Part shown: positions 39,598-49,703 of the stretch, in pieces
How the letters are laid out: each line of letters opens with the position of its first letter
How positions within the stretch are numbered: position 1 is the first letter of the stretch
IMG/VR virus record: IMGVR_UViG_3300042502_001233
Location: 124,001 to 188,000 of that record
Length of the DNA: 64,000 bases
Strand: one strand, 5' to 3'
Position numbers and translations under genes: made by a program
The notes under the pieces: generated by a model
What the model was told of the DNA's origin: nothing
What the model saw: only the letters and a program-made list of their open reading frames with translations
Database searches by the model: none

Positions 39598-40640
39598 TAA
39601 GGTATTCTAATTAATCTAATATTATTATCAAGACAAAATTTTGTCTTGATAGAATCGTTATGTTTTATTTTTAAAAAACCTAGTTCACCGCCAAATTTGT
39701 TTATAGGTTTATAATGTTGGATTCCGTCGTATTCAATACATATATTATGGTTTGGTAAATAAAAATCAAACGGTAGTACTTGAATGTTTTTGCAATTTAC
39801 AAACGTGTGTTGTTGCTTAAATAAAATATTATTTTCAACTAGATATTCCCTAATCTTTTTTTCACCTTTTGATTCTTTACAAATAGGGCAACCATTGCCC
39901 CTCAAGTGCATATTAGGGGTCTGGTTAAACATACCATGAACAGGGCAAATTATTTTAACTTTAGTTTTTGATTTTAAATAATCAACCATAGAGTAGTCAT
40001 ATTTATTACCATGTATTTTTTTAGCTTCTAAAATAAAATCATTATTAGTCTTATCCCTACCAACACATTTTGGACATCCTTGTTTTAATTTAATGTGAGC
40101 ACTTGGTAATTGTTCAAACACACCATGAACAGGGCAAATTATTTTCATTTTAGTTTTAACGTTTTTAAACTGTATTGATGAATAATCATATTTATCACCA
40201 TGTGTTTTTTTAGCTTCTAAAAGAATATCTTTAGTTGTTTTAAACAACCCATTACACTTACCACATGTTTGACCTTTTAAATGATTATCTGGTGTTTGTT
40301 CAAACATACCATGAATAGGGCAAATTATTTTAACTTTAGTTTTAGCATTTTTATAATTAACTAAAGAATAATCATATTTATTATTGTGTATTAAAATAGC
40401 CTCATTAATAAATATATTATCCTTTTTCCTAGTATTTTCACTAATTTTATCATAACCACATTTATTACAACCTTGTCCCCTAGAAATATGGTGATGTGGC
40501 GTTTGTTCAAACATACCGTGAATAGGGCAAATTATTTTTACTTTGGTCCTAACATCTTTATAATCAACTAATGAATAATCATACTTATTTTCATGTATTT
40601 TTTTAGCTTTTTCGATAAATTTTAAATTTTTATTTTCCAT
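39552..40640 (-). CDS. Free-standing endonuclease 3 (Zn-ribbon repeats + PD-(D/E)XK/DUF559-like nuclease)
   Basis: Four CPxHG...H...C..C repeats; LPFDFYLP...IEYDGIQH; RLIRIPY; late motif upstream. Confidence 0.75.
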   Translation of the reverse strand: MENKNLKFIEKAKKIHENKYDYSLVDYKDVRTKVKIICPIHGMFEQTPHHHISRGQGCNKCGYDKISENTRKKDNIFINEAILIHNNKYDYSLVNYKNAKTKVKIICPIHGMFEQTPDNHLKGQTCGKCNGLFKTTKDILLEAKKTHGDKYDYSSIQFKNVKTKMKIICPVHGVFEQLPSAHIKLKQGCPKCVGRDKTNNDFILEAKKIHGNKYDYSMVDYLKSKTKVKIICPVHGMFNQTPNMHLRGNGCPICKESKGEKKIREYLVENNILFKQQHTFVNCKNIQVLPFDFYLPNHNICIEYDGIQHYKPINKFGGELGFLKIKHNDSIKTKFCLDNNIRLIRIPYYEVISESLNIFLTK

Positions 40641-40765
40641 AATGTGTTTTTATATAAATATCTAATATATAATAAAAAGACAACTTAAGTATATTTTTTT
40701 TTTATTAACTAAAAAATTTATTGGTTAATTTAAAAAATTCTTATATTTATAAGAAAAGATAAAAA

Positions 40766-41905
40766 ATGTCAGTAAGTACAGAAGAAAGAGAAAAACTATT
40801 TAGACAATTTAGACATTCAGTTGGTGCGCCTATTCGTAAGATTGAATTAGAAGATGAACAACTTTGTACTCTTCTAGAAATATCAATTGAAGACTACGCA
40901 CAGTATGTACAAGAATGGCTTATCGAACATCAATGGCAATCATTGTTAGGTCAAAGTATTGATACTACTGATATGGCTTTTGCTTTGAGTGTTAGAAGTT
41001 TAGATTTAGCAACACAATATACATACGCATATTCAAAACAAGTAGGTTTACAAACTAGAGGTCCATGGGAACTTAAAAAAGACTACGTTTTAATAGAATC
41101 TGGGAGACAAGTTTATCAAATTCCAGCTGGTCGTGAAATCAATGAAGTTCTTTGGATAACACCACCAGCAACCAGCCAAGCTTTATTGGCTAACTATGGT
41201 GGTATTGATTATGGTTTTGGTGGTGGATTTTCACAAGTAGGTGGTGGCGTAGGTACTGGTGGTCCTAATGGTAGAATGGGTTATTATGTAGCACCAGCAT
41301 TTGACATATTGTTAACAGCTGCTGATATGAATCTTAAAAATCGTATAATTAGGAGTGAGTTGGTTTATAAGATTACTGCTGGTCCAGCTGGAACTAAGCT
41401 GTTGCATTTGATGAGTACGCCTGGTTCTAAATTATCATTTGGACAAGGTATTGGTGGTGTCGGTAGTTCAATCAACATGACTGGTTGTCAAGTTTGGTAC
41501 CACTATTATGATACAACACCTGAAAATATTGACCAATGTCTTCAAGATAACCCAGACATCATTAAAATGCCAAACCAAGTTCCGTTGTCAAAATTAGATT
41601 ATGCTGATTTTAACGAACCAACAAAAACCCTTATACGTCAGTTATTTATCGCTGAAGCTAAAAGAGCTTTAGGAAGAACAAGAGGTAAATTTGGTGGTAT
41701 AGTAGGTCCACCTGAAGCTGAAAGAACAATGGATTACGAAACCCTTATTAGTGAAGGTAATGAAGAAAGAAAAGCTGTTTTGGAAAGACTTGATGCTAGA
41801 TTACTTAGATTATCATCAACATCACAATTAGAAAGAGGTGCCAAAGAAGCTACAGATTTAAATACTTCAATGAAATACAGACCATTAGGGTTCTGGGTAT
41901 ATTAA
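40766..41905 (+). CDS. Neck/adaptor protein (T4 gp13-like)
   Basis: 379 aa; VGAPIRKIELEDEQL, LGRTRGKFGG, LISEG..E motifs. Confidence 0.7.
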   Translation: MSVSTEEREKLFRQFRHSVGAPIRKIELEDEQLCTLLEISIEDYAQYVQEWLIEHQWQSLLGQSIDTTDMAFALSVRSLDLATQYTYAYSKQVGLQTRGPWELKKDYVLIESGRQVYQIPAGREINEVLWITPPATSQALLANYGGIDYGFGGGFSQVGGGVGTGGPNGRMGYYVAPAFDILLTAADMNLKNRIIRSELVYKITAGPAGTKLLHLMSTPGSKLSFGQGIGGVGSSINMTGCQVWYHYYDTTPENIDQCLQDNPDIIKMPNQVPLSKLDYADFNEPTKTLIRQLFIAEAKRALGRTRGKFGGIVGPPEAERTMDYETLISEGNEERKAVLERLDARLLRLSSTSQLERGAKEATDLNTSMKYRPLGFWVY

Positions 41906-41935
41906 AATAAAAAGGGGCTAATGCCCCTTATTTAT
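41906..41935. terminator. Bidirectional terminator between convergent genes
   Basis: AAGGGGC-taat-GCCCCTT with flanking A/T tracts. Confidence 0.7.
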
Positions 41936-41937
41936 TT

Positions 41938-44900
41938 CTAGAAACCCCAATCTTCTTCTGGTTCTTTTTTTTGTGAATCAGCTTCTTTATCCATACCATT
42001 TACAATAGCTAATTCGTCAGCGTTAACCTTTATTGGGTCACTAATTACATAACCATCTGGCATTTCACCATATGTATCGTCATATTCATCATCCAACAAT
42101 AAATCTTCATCAGTTCTGATTATGTTACCATCTCCATCCTCTTCCAATTCTTCATCATCGTCTTCATTTTCAGAATAAACACGTTTCTTTTTAACCTCTT
42201 TCACTTCAACCAAAAACTCTTTAGCTTTTTCGTTAAATTTCTCAGCCATATCTTTAATATCAGGTGTAGTGTTTTCTACACCATAATTAAATGTATCACC
42301 ACTAAGATGTTTATGTTCAGCTAAATAATCTAACCATAATTCATATCTATCATCATCATTTTCCAAAGATTTTTCTTTGTAGAATAAATCTCTTTCGATG
42401 GCTTGTTTTCTATAATCCATGATATCTTTAACTGGTCGTAAAGGTTCATCCCATTTTCTAGAATAAAACATTTCGGTTTCTTCATCAATATTACAAATAA
42501 CCAAAACATCTATAGGTATCAAACCATCTTTAAGTAGTTTTTCATAATCATCAGCTTCTAAGTGTTTAAAAACATGTTCTAACCTTTCTTTTTCATCTTT
42601 TAAACCTTCTTCCTTTGCAACACGCATTCTCTCGTGGTAATCACTTCTAAGTACGTCCCATTCTTCTTGTGTCATGTTGTTTGGTAATTTATCAACTCTT
42701 TCCCAGAATTTAATTTCTTTGTCTTCCATAATCATAAGGTCTTTGTAAGAGTCTTGGTCAGTATCTTTAAATGGTTTACCAGAAACTAAACTGCATTGAG
42801 ATTTTGTAAACACCATTCTGTCTTTTAATTTCTCGTATGTTTTTTTAGTTTCTTTATCTTTAACCTTAACAATATCCAAAAGAATGTTGTATCGAATCTC
42901 AGGGTCAAAACAAACCAACAATGGTCTAACCTTTTTATTAAACGCCTCCAAATATCTAGCAACGTTATATTCATCAGTAAATAACTCTTCTTCAATTTGA
43001 GATATTCTTTCTTCCATATCAGCAATATTTGAATCACCTTTCTCTAATGAAGCTATGGCTTTTTTAAGCATCTCTAATTCTTTAACAGCTTCAAAATCAC
43101 GCTCAACAGTTGCTGGGTCTATAAGTTTACAGTTTAACTGAACTTCTTTAGTTACCTCTGGTGGATGATTTTCAAAACCATTAGCACTATACCATTTTTC
43201 AAGTTGTTTATTTGTCATTTTATTATGGTAAACAGTTTTCAAATCACCTTGAGATTTAGAAGTACCAGTGTTTATGTAATACAATACATCACCTAAATTC
43301 AAATCTAACCCTTCTCTCATCGCTAATTCCATATGCGCTTGTTTTGGCATAGGGTTACCAGCTTTGTTCTTCATGGTAGCTTTTTTCTTGTACTCTGGCA
43401 TAGATAATTTAACTTTAGCTTTTGATGCAATTTTAACCAATGGAATTTGATAATTATAAATCTTATCAACATATTCATAGTAATAATTAATAAATGAATA
43501 ACCATCACCATCCAATAACATACGAATCGCTTTACCCAAAAAATCTTCGATATAAACGGACATCTTTTTAGATTTAACTGAGTTACCCACAAGTTTAATT
43601 TTACCACCTATATCGTTCGCGTAGTTCTTTCTAGCGAAGTTTATTGTAGAGCTACAAACATCATCTAGGTCTAACCCCATACGACCTTCCATGTAAGTTT
43701 CGTTAAACTCAGCCAGAACAGCATCAATACCAATAAGTTCTTTACCACCATCATCACTAGTTTTCCAGTGACTACCTTTAGCAACATACTTGATATCGTT
43801 TAGGTTTTCTGGTGCTGCGAAGTTGAAACCATCGGTATTATGAGCTATAATACCGTTTATCCCACAAATAAAAGTACCATCTTCTGTTGAAATATCATAA
43901 ACGAAATCATTTTTATCTTTATTCAAAATAATTTCGTTTTTCCAAACTTCATTAGTTTTCTTTTTTGTTTTATCTGTAAATGAAGAGTTATTTCTATTTC
44001 TATTTTTTAATGAAAATGAAATAAAATTTTGTTTATCAGACCTTGTTTTAATCTTATATTCAATATTTAATTCTTTAAGTAATAAAGCAATACCAGCCAT
44101 AGCTATTTGTGACTTCATACCAATATCCGAACAATCCTCTATAGTATCACCATAACCATCTGAAGCAAAAACACCTTCAATAAACGCTTTTTTAGTTTCT
44201 TCAGACGCGTTTAATATCATATATGGTATTTTCTTTTCTCTATATGATGTGTAAAAATGTTCACAAAAATTATTAGCAAAATCAACATTATGGACGATTA
44301 AATTATAAACACCACTTGATTTCATATTATTTTTTATCACCCCATCAATAGCGTATTCATCTTTAAGTATAGTCTGTAATTTTTCCAATAAATCAATTCT
44401 TGAATTAGAGATTTTCCAATCACTTCTTTTACCTTTATTTATATGTACTTCACCAGTTTTTATAGATTTATATTTTTGTGTTCTACCTGAACAATTAGCT
44501 GAACCATCACCTAAGAAAAAACCACACAAATAAGCTTTATTAACATTTAAACCAGTAGCAACATTGTTTTTCGGTATTTCGTATGTGTCTATACTATCAA
44601 ATCTTTTAAGTTCTGATGGTTTAACTTCTTTACCATTTTGAAATAACGAATGGTCTTCAGTAACATTTATTAACCTATCTTTAGTTGTTATTCTATGAAT
44701 GTTTTTATCTGTTCCATGTCTATAGACATACTTTATATCCTTCCAACCATTACGTGTTAAAACTTCAAATGGTTTTTCTTCAAAATCTCTAAATTTATCT
44801 GCATCTAAAAATTCTGAATTTTCATTAAACAAATCACATATAGGTAAAACATCGATATAATTTTTTTGTGATTTATATCTGACATAAACAGGTGTATCAA

Positions 44901-46773
44901 ATGTTACTGAATCACCTACTAGCGCGCGGAAACCATGTTTTTCAGTAAAGTGTCTAACCATAAGACGTAAGTATTGACGGCCACGACATGTTGTTTCTTC
45001 GGCCGAATCAGTATCACCCCAGTTAAAAATGTATGGCGCACCATACGAACCAAACCATGAGTTAGCAAGTATTTTAAGTGGTAATTGTTTTTTATCGTAT
45101 AAACTAGCCAAAGCTTTGTGCTCCGATATTTGTTTTTTAAGAGCTTCTATTTCAGCTGTAGACATGTTGTCTTTATTAGCATCTAATTGCTCTTGTAACT
45201 TTTTAGCTTTTTTCTTTTCAATACCAGTTTTGAATTTGAATTCATCACGACTATCAACAACGTAGGTAAGCATTCCAGCCATTACACCGCTAATATCCAA
45301 ATCTGGGAATATTCCGTGTGTTAACTGTGTTTTAGGGTACAAAGCTGCGTAATCTAATTTGTAAACATTTTTGGCAAACCCTACTTCTAATAAACGTGAC
45401 AAACCACCTGTAAAATCTCTTTTGGTTTGTGTTTCTGGAATAGCCAAACCGTTTTCGTAAGACCATGCCGCCATGATAAGTTTCCATTGACCAGCGGTAC
45501 CCATCGTGGATGAACGTTGAAATGTAGTTGGTAACATTTTTGCAATAAGGAAACTAGCTTGGTTATAGATATAATCAATTTGCTCAGTTTCCCAAAGGTC
45601 ATCACATAAATAACGTTGAACAATATATGCACCACTTTTAATTGTGTAACCTTCTTTCAACGGATTTTTAGTTGTTATTTTATACCAATCACCATTATCG
45701 TTGTTAAATGCGTATTTGTTTTTTTTGTCAGACCATGTTGTGTTAATTTTATCACCTGGTACGTATACACGGTTAGGTTTTGCAATTTCAGAATATTGTG
45801 TAATATATTTCAAACCCCAAGATTTAATTTCAGAGTTAATCGCCATAGCTCTACGAACAGCGTGTGAGATATCGATAATGCTATAACCATACATACTTGT
45901 TTGTAAGTAATGTTCTGTTTCACCACCTAACTTAAGTGTAGCTGGTTTTCTTTTGATTTTAGAAATTCTATTAAGCGTTATCGCTAATTCAGTTATTGGC
46001 ACACCTAAACGTTCAGCGCGCTCAAATAAATAAGGCCAGTCAAAGTTTTCAGAGTTATAACCAGTAATTATATCTGGTTTAACCATATCAATAATCTTAA
46101 AAAATTTTGATATATTTTCTCTTTCGCTTTTTCTTCTTTCTTGTGCAGTTTCACCAAGAGTTTCCATAACACCTTCTAATCCTTTGTTGTCACGAACACC
46201 GATTTGGAAAATTGCATTCTTACTAGCGAATAAACCTTCCGTCTCCAAGTCAAATTGAAATCTATGGACATCATCGTAATCGTCCATACCTCTAAATAAT
46301 CGTTTACCACTTTGTATTAGGAATTGTTCAGTTGGACTGAACATAACAAAACTTTTCATGTAGTCTTTATGGAATACATCGATACCACCTTCTTTGAAGA
46401 ATTGAATAAGTGAATTATAGGACCTATCACACGTTGCCATGTATTTGTATCCATAAGCTAAACGGTCAGGTGAAACACCTTCGTCGTTCCAAGTTCTAAG
46501 AGTTTTGATTTTTACACCGTATTGTCTTCCAGCTTCAATACGTTTTAGTTTTTTACCACCATAAAGTTCTTTGGTGATATCTTCTTTAAACCACAAGAAT
46601 GGTTTATAAGGGCAATCCTCTAATCTTTTTTCACAATTTGGTTCGTTAATAACCAATGTTACCATGGGTTTATCATAACTAGATTCTACCGCTACTATGT
46701 ATTCTTGAGGGTCACTACCTTGCAAAAACGATTCAATTATTTCGTTACTTACTTTTGTTTTTGTTTGACTCAT
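41938..46773 (-). CDS. Family B DNA polymerase containing an intein
   Basis: Exonuclease motifs FDLETEG, GYNSENFD, YLCDD; polymerase motifs DYAALYP, KILANSWFG, VGD|TDG. Confidence 0.92.
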   Translation of the reverse strand: MSQTKTKVSNEIIESFLQGSDPQEYIVAVESSYDKPMVTLVINEPNCEKRLEDCPYKPFLWFKEDITKELYGGKKLKRIEAGRQYGVKIKTLRTWNDEGVSPDRLAYGYKYMATCDRSYNSLIQFFKEGGIDVFHKDYMKSFVMFSPTEQFLIQSGKRLFRGMDDYDDVHRFQFDLETEGLFASKNAIFQIGVRDNKGLEGVMETLGETAQERRKSERENISKFFKIIDMVKPDIITGYNSENFDWPYLFERAERLGVPITELAITLNRISKIKRKPATLKLGGETEHYLQTSMYGYSIIDISHAVRRAMAINSEIKSWGLKYITQYSEIAKPNRVYVPGDKINTTWSDKKNKYAFNNDNGDWYKITTKNPLKEGYTIKSGAYIVQRYLCDDLWETEQIDYIYNQASFLIAKMLPTTFQRSSTMGTAGQWKLIMAAWSYENGLAIPETQTKRDFTGGLSRLLEVGFAKNVYKLDYAALYPKTQLTHGIFPDLDISGVMAGMLTYVVDSRDEFKFKTGIEKKKAKKLQEQLDANKDNMSTAEIEALKKQISEHKALASLYDKKQLPLKILANSWFGSYGAPYIFNWGDTDSAEETTCRGRQYLRLMVRHFTEKHGFRALVGDSVTFDTPVYVRYKSQKNYIDVLPICDLFNENSEFLDADKFRDFEEKPFEVLTRNGWKDIKYVYRHGTDKNIHRITTKDRLINVTEDHSLFQNGKEVKPSELKRFDSIDTYEIPKNNVATGLNVNKAYLCGFFLGDGSANCSGRTQKYKSIKTGEVHINKGKRSDWKISNSRIDLLEKLQTILKDEYAIDGVIKNNMKSSGVYNLIVHNVDFANNFCEHFYTSYREKKIPYMILNASEETKKAFIEGVFASDGYGDTIEDCSDIGMKSQIAMAGIALLLKELNIEYKIKTRSDKQNFISFSLKNRNRNNSSFTDKTKKKTNEVWKNEIILNKDKNDFVYDISTEDGTFICGINGIIAHNTDGFNFAAPENLNDIKYVAKGSHWKTSDDGGKELIGIDAVLAEFNETYMEGRMGLDLDDVCSSTINFARKNYANDIGGKIKLVGNSVKSKKMSVYIEDFLGKAIRMLLDGDGYSFINYYYEYVDKIYNYQIPLVKIASKAKVKLSMPEYKKKATMKNKAGNPMPKQAHMELAMREGLDLNLGDVLYYINTGTSKSQGDLKTVYHNKMTNKQLEKWYSANGFENHPPEVTKEVQLNCKLIDPATVERDFEAVKELEMLKKAIASLEKGDSNIADMEERISQIEEELFTDEYNVARYLEAFNKKVRPLLVCFDPEIRYNILLDIVKVKDKETKKTYEKLKDRMVFTKSQCSLVSGKPFKDTDQDSYKDLMIMEDKEIKFWERVDKLPNNMTQEEWDVLRSDYHERMRVAKEEGLKDEKERLEHVFKHLEADDYEKLLKDGLIPIDVLVICNIDEETEMFYSRKWDEPLRPVKDIMDYRKQAIERDLFYKEKSLENDDDRYELWLDYLAEHKHLSGDTFNYGVENTTPDIKDMAEKFNEKAKEFLVEVKEVKKKRVYSENEDDDEELEEDGDGNIIRTDEDLLLDDEYDDTYGEMPDGYVISDPIKVNADELAIVNGMDKEADSQKKEPEEDWGF
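43837..44910 (-). mobile_element. LAGLIDADG intein in polymerase motif C (358 aa)
   Basis: Starts SVTFDTP, ends IAHN, +1 residue Thr; CGFFLGDG and EGVFASDG motifs. Confidence 0.92.
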
Positions 46774-46790
46774 GTTAAATATATTTTATG

Positions 46791-46821
46791 CAAATATACT
46801 AAACAATTTTGGTTTTTACAA
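46791..46821 (-). promoter_or_regulatory. Sigma70-type promoter of the DNA polymerase gene
   Basis: TTG-N20-TATATTTG; a second match lies at 46859-46889. Confidence 0.65.
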
Positions 46822-46899
46822 GGTTTTGACCTATAAATATTTTTAACTTTGTAATATACAAAGTTACTATTTTTTTTCTAATAATGCAATATTTAAGAA

Positions 46900-47271
46900 T
46901 TATTTTTTTATAGTTCCTTCCAACACATTTATAAATAGTTCTTCTCTGATTGGTATTATAAGTGTTCCACTACCATCCAAAAATATGATTTCAAATTGAC
47001 CTACAAACCTACCAGCAACGCTAGTTTCTCTTTCACTAAATTGATATACCAAATAGAATTCTGGTCCAACACAATCCTCTGGTTCTACCTGTTCTATCCC
47101 AGCCTTTTTTTTCGCTATTTTTTTCACACCAGTAATCACATCCGACATAGTAAAAAATATGTCAGCATTTTGAACTTGTTCATGAAAACGGTTGAAATCG
47201 TTTCTACCGTCCTGAATCAATTCAAGTTTTAGTTTTGGTAATGTTGAATTTTTGTTAATAAAGAATTCCAT
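46900..47271 (-). CDS. BppU-like Ig-fold baseplate/fibre attachment protein
   Basis: 123 aa; FFINKNSTLP.LKL, GRFVGQFEI, LIIP pattern. Confidence 0.5.
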   Translation of the reverse strand: MEFFINKNSTLPKLKLELIQDGRNDFNRFHEQVQNADIFFTMSDVITGVKKIAKKKAGIEQVEPEDCVGPEFYLVYQFSERETSVAGRFVGQFEIIFLDGSGTLIIPIREELFINVLEGTIKK

Positions 47272-47293
47272 TTATATTTTAATTTAGTTTATG

Positions 47294-48841
47294 TTATGGT
47301 TTTATATAAGCGGTTCTGTTTTCATTCAACCTATAAATACCACCTTTAGGCATAGTAGTGTCAGAATCAGCATCATCATGAGTAGAATAAGGTCCATAAG
47401 TTTTAAGGCTTAATCTATCAACATAAGTTACGTTGTTTGTTGTACCAGTTATATTAGCACCCAATACTATTGTGTTATCACCACCAGCGATAGAATTATA
47501 ACCATGAACAAATGATGTTTCTCCACTAGCTATTGTTATTTGACCACCAGCGTGACTATATAAACCACTAGCTATTGTGGAAATACCTTCAGCGTGACTA
47601 TAATCACCACTTGCTATAGTGGCACCACCTTCAGAGTGACTAAAATCTCCACTTGCTGTTGTACTACCACCTTCAGCGTGACTAGCATTACCACTTGCTG
47701 TTGTAATCCCACCTTCAGCGTGAGAACCAAGACCAGATGCTAATGTACCATAACCTTCAGCATGACTATAATCACCACTAGCTATTGTATTATTACCTTC
47801 AGCGTGACTAGAATAACCACTAGCTATTGTGTCACCACCTTCAGCGTGAGAAGCAAAACCTGATGCTAATGTGTTATAACCTTCAGCATGTGCTGAATCA
47901 CCCATAGCCCTAGTATTCCAACCTTCAGCATGTGCACCTCTAATACCACCAGCAGTTGTTAAATAACCCTCAGCAAATGATGTGGTACCAGTAGCCTTGG
48001 TTTGTAAACCACTAGCGAAGCTCCAATTACCACTAGCCAATGTATCGTAACCACTAGCCACAGCATAATTACCCGTCGCGTCAACACTACTACCGTTTTT
48101 AGCTCTAATTGAATTGGTACCTGTAGAACCAGTTGTCCAAAGACTGTTAGCTAAAATATTTGTGATTCCAGAACCATCACCAACTAAAGTAGTTGCTGAC
48201 AATGTTCCGTTAACTGTTAGACCAGACACTGCGTTAAAACTTACGTTAAACACTTCTCCAGATGAATCTTGTATTGTAAATGTGTTTGAGTTGTTGTATG
48301 TAAATGCGGTAATAACTGTATCGGTATAACCAGTTAAAAATCCAGTTACGTTAAACGTACCACCACTATTGTTTGTAAAAGTACCAATACCAGTAGACGG
48401 ATTATATGTACCACCAGTAACTCTAAGGTCACCAGCAAGTACCCCAAGACTTTGTGTGAAATTAACACCGTCATTTCTATTAACAGTTAAATCATAAGTT
48501 CCTTGATTAAAAGTTAAACCACTAACATAAACATCATCAGATGATGTAAAAAACCCAGTAATACTAACAGTATCACCATTAACATTATCTAACGTTACAA
48601 CACCTGTAGATGGGTTATAAGTACCACCAGTTACCCCAGCACCAACACCGTTAAGTGAAACATCTATGGTTTCACCGTTTATTTTGGTTAGTGTCAATAA
48701 ACTATCAAGTGTAGATGCTGTATATATTAATTCACCCTTTAATTGGATAAAGTTGTTGTCAACTTCTTGATGTGATAAAACACTACCTTTGGTTGTGTCT
48801 GAATATGGACTGATAAGATTTCTAAGTATTAGATTAATCAT
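47294..48841 (-). CDS. Fibre protein with YadA/Hep-Hag-like 14-aa AEG..T.ASG..SH repeats
   Basis: 515 aa; about 14 repeats; N-terminal LSHQEVDNNF motif; GGTY modules. Confidence 0.7.
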   Translation of the reverse strand: MINLILRNLISPYSDTTKGSVLSHQEVDNNFIQLKGELIYTASTLDSLLTLTKINGETIDVSLNGVGAGVTGGTYNPSTGVVTLDNVNGDTVSITGFFTSSDDVYVSGLTFNQGTYDLTVNRNDGVNFTQSLGVLAGDLRVTGGTYNPSTGIGTFTNNSGGTFNVTGFLTGYTDTVITAFTYNNSNTFTIQDSSGEVFNVSFNAVSGLTVNGTLSATTLVGDGSGITNILANSLWTTGSTGTNSIRAKNGSSVDATGNYAVASGYDTLASGNWSFASGLQTKATGTTSFAEGYLTTAGGIRGAHAEGWNTRAMGDSAHAEGYNTLASGFASHAEGGDTIASGYSSHAEGNNTIASGDYSHAEGYGTLASGLGSHAEGGITTASGNASHAEGGSTTASGDFSHSEGGATIASGDYSHAEGISTIASGLYSHAGGQITIASGETSFVHGYNSIAGGDNTIVLGANITGTTNNVTYVDRLSLKTYGPYSTHDDADSDTTMPKGGIYRLNENRTAYIKP

Positions 48842-48878
48842 ACGTGTATTGTGTTGCTGTTATTTATTTTTATGTTTT

Positions 48879-49643
48879 TTAATTATACACTCTAATTTCT
48901 ATTGGGGTTTTGAACAAAAGTTCATCAAGAGTTACCATCGCACTACTATTAAAATCAATAATAGCTGTACTTATAATAATATATAAACCTTGAAAATATG
49001 AAGCAATAATAGCACCATTACCTCCTCCATCATAAGAATCTCCAATTATGACAAAAGTTTTATCATCTACAAATAAGCCATCAGAATTAATAAGATAACC
49101 ACCTACACCATCATAAGTAAACCAAATATTCCCAATGGTGTTTTCTAACACTGTTACTACTGGAGCTCCTGTATTAAATTTTAATTCAGAAGTTCCATAA
49201 CTGTTAGGTATTTCATCATTAATTGCTACAAAAAATGTACTCTCGTTGTTATTAGGTGCACCTACATTTGAAAAATTTCCATCAATCCCAGATATTTGAT
49301 ATGTAACTCCTTTTGTAACAGCTCCTGAACTTAAACTTTGAACGTCATCTCCACCACTCTGTGTTAATAAAGCTGTATACACCTTATATTGACTCATATT
49401 TGTTGTAAAACCAGTAACCTCAAAACTGGTACCGTTTGAATAGTTAAATGTAATAATACCTGTGTTATCATTATAAGTACCACCAGTTAACATTGGATTT
49501 ACACTGTCAATATACGGTCCAATAAATTCTGTTAAACCAGTTAAACTTAACTGTTTAGTAATACCATTATTAACAACAGGAAATACATCCAAAAGAGTTG
49601 GATTATTGTTTATAACTAATTGTGTTATTTTTTTATTAGACAT
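48879..49643 (-). CDS. Fibre-module structural protein
   Basis: 254 aa; KKITQL N-terminus, GGTY module, YKVYTALLTQSG...APVVTVLENTIG. Confidence 0.55.
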   Translation of the reverse strand: MSNKKITQLVINNNPTLLDVFPVVNNGITKQLSLTGLTEFIGPYIDSVNPMLTGGTYNDNTGIITFNYSNGTSFEVTGFTTNMSQYKVYTALLTQSGGDDVQSLSSGAVTKGVTYQISGIDGNFSNVGAPNNNESTFFVAINDEIPNSYGTSELKFNTGAPVVTVLENTIGNIWFTYDGVGGYLINSDGLFVDDKTFVIIGDSYDGGGNGAIIASYFQGLYIIISTAIIDFNSSAMVTLDELLFKTPIEIRVYN

Positions 49644-49703
49644 TTTGTTTTTATTTTATTATAAATATTATATTTAAAGTTAAAAAATGGTTTAATCTAA
49701 TAA

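Noticed and set aside
40700-40755. Remnant glutaredoxin 3' end beyond endonuclease 3 (ttggttaa...aaaaaattctta)
   Set aside because: The similarity is short, gapped and AT-rich, so it is consistent with chance.
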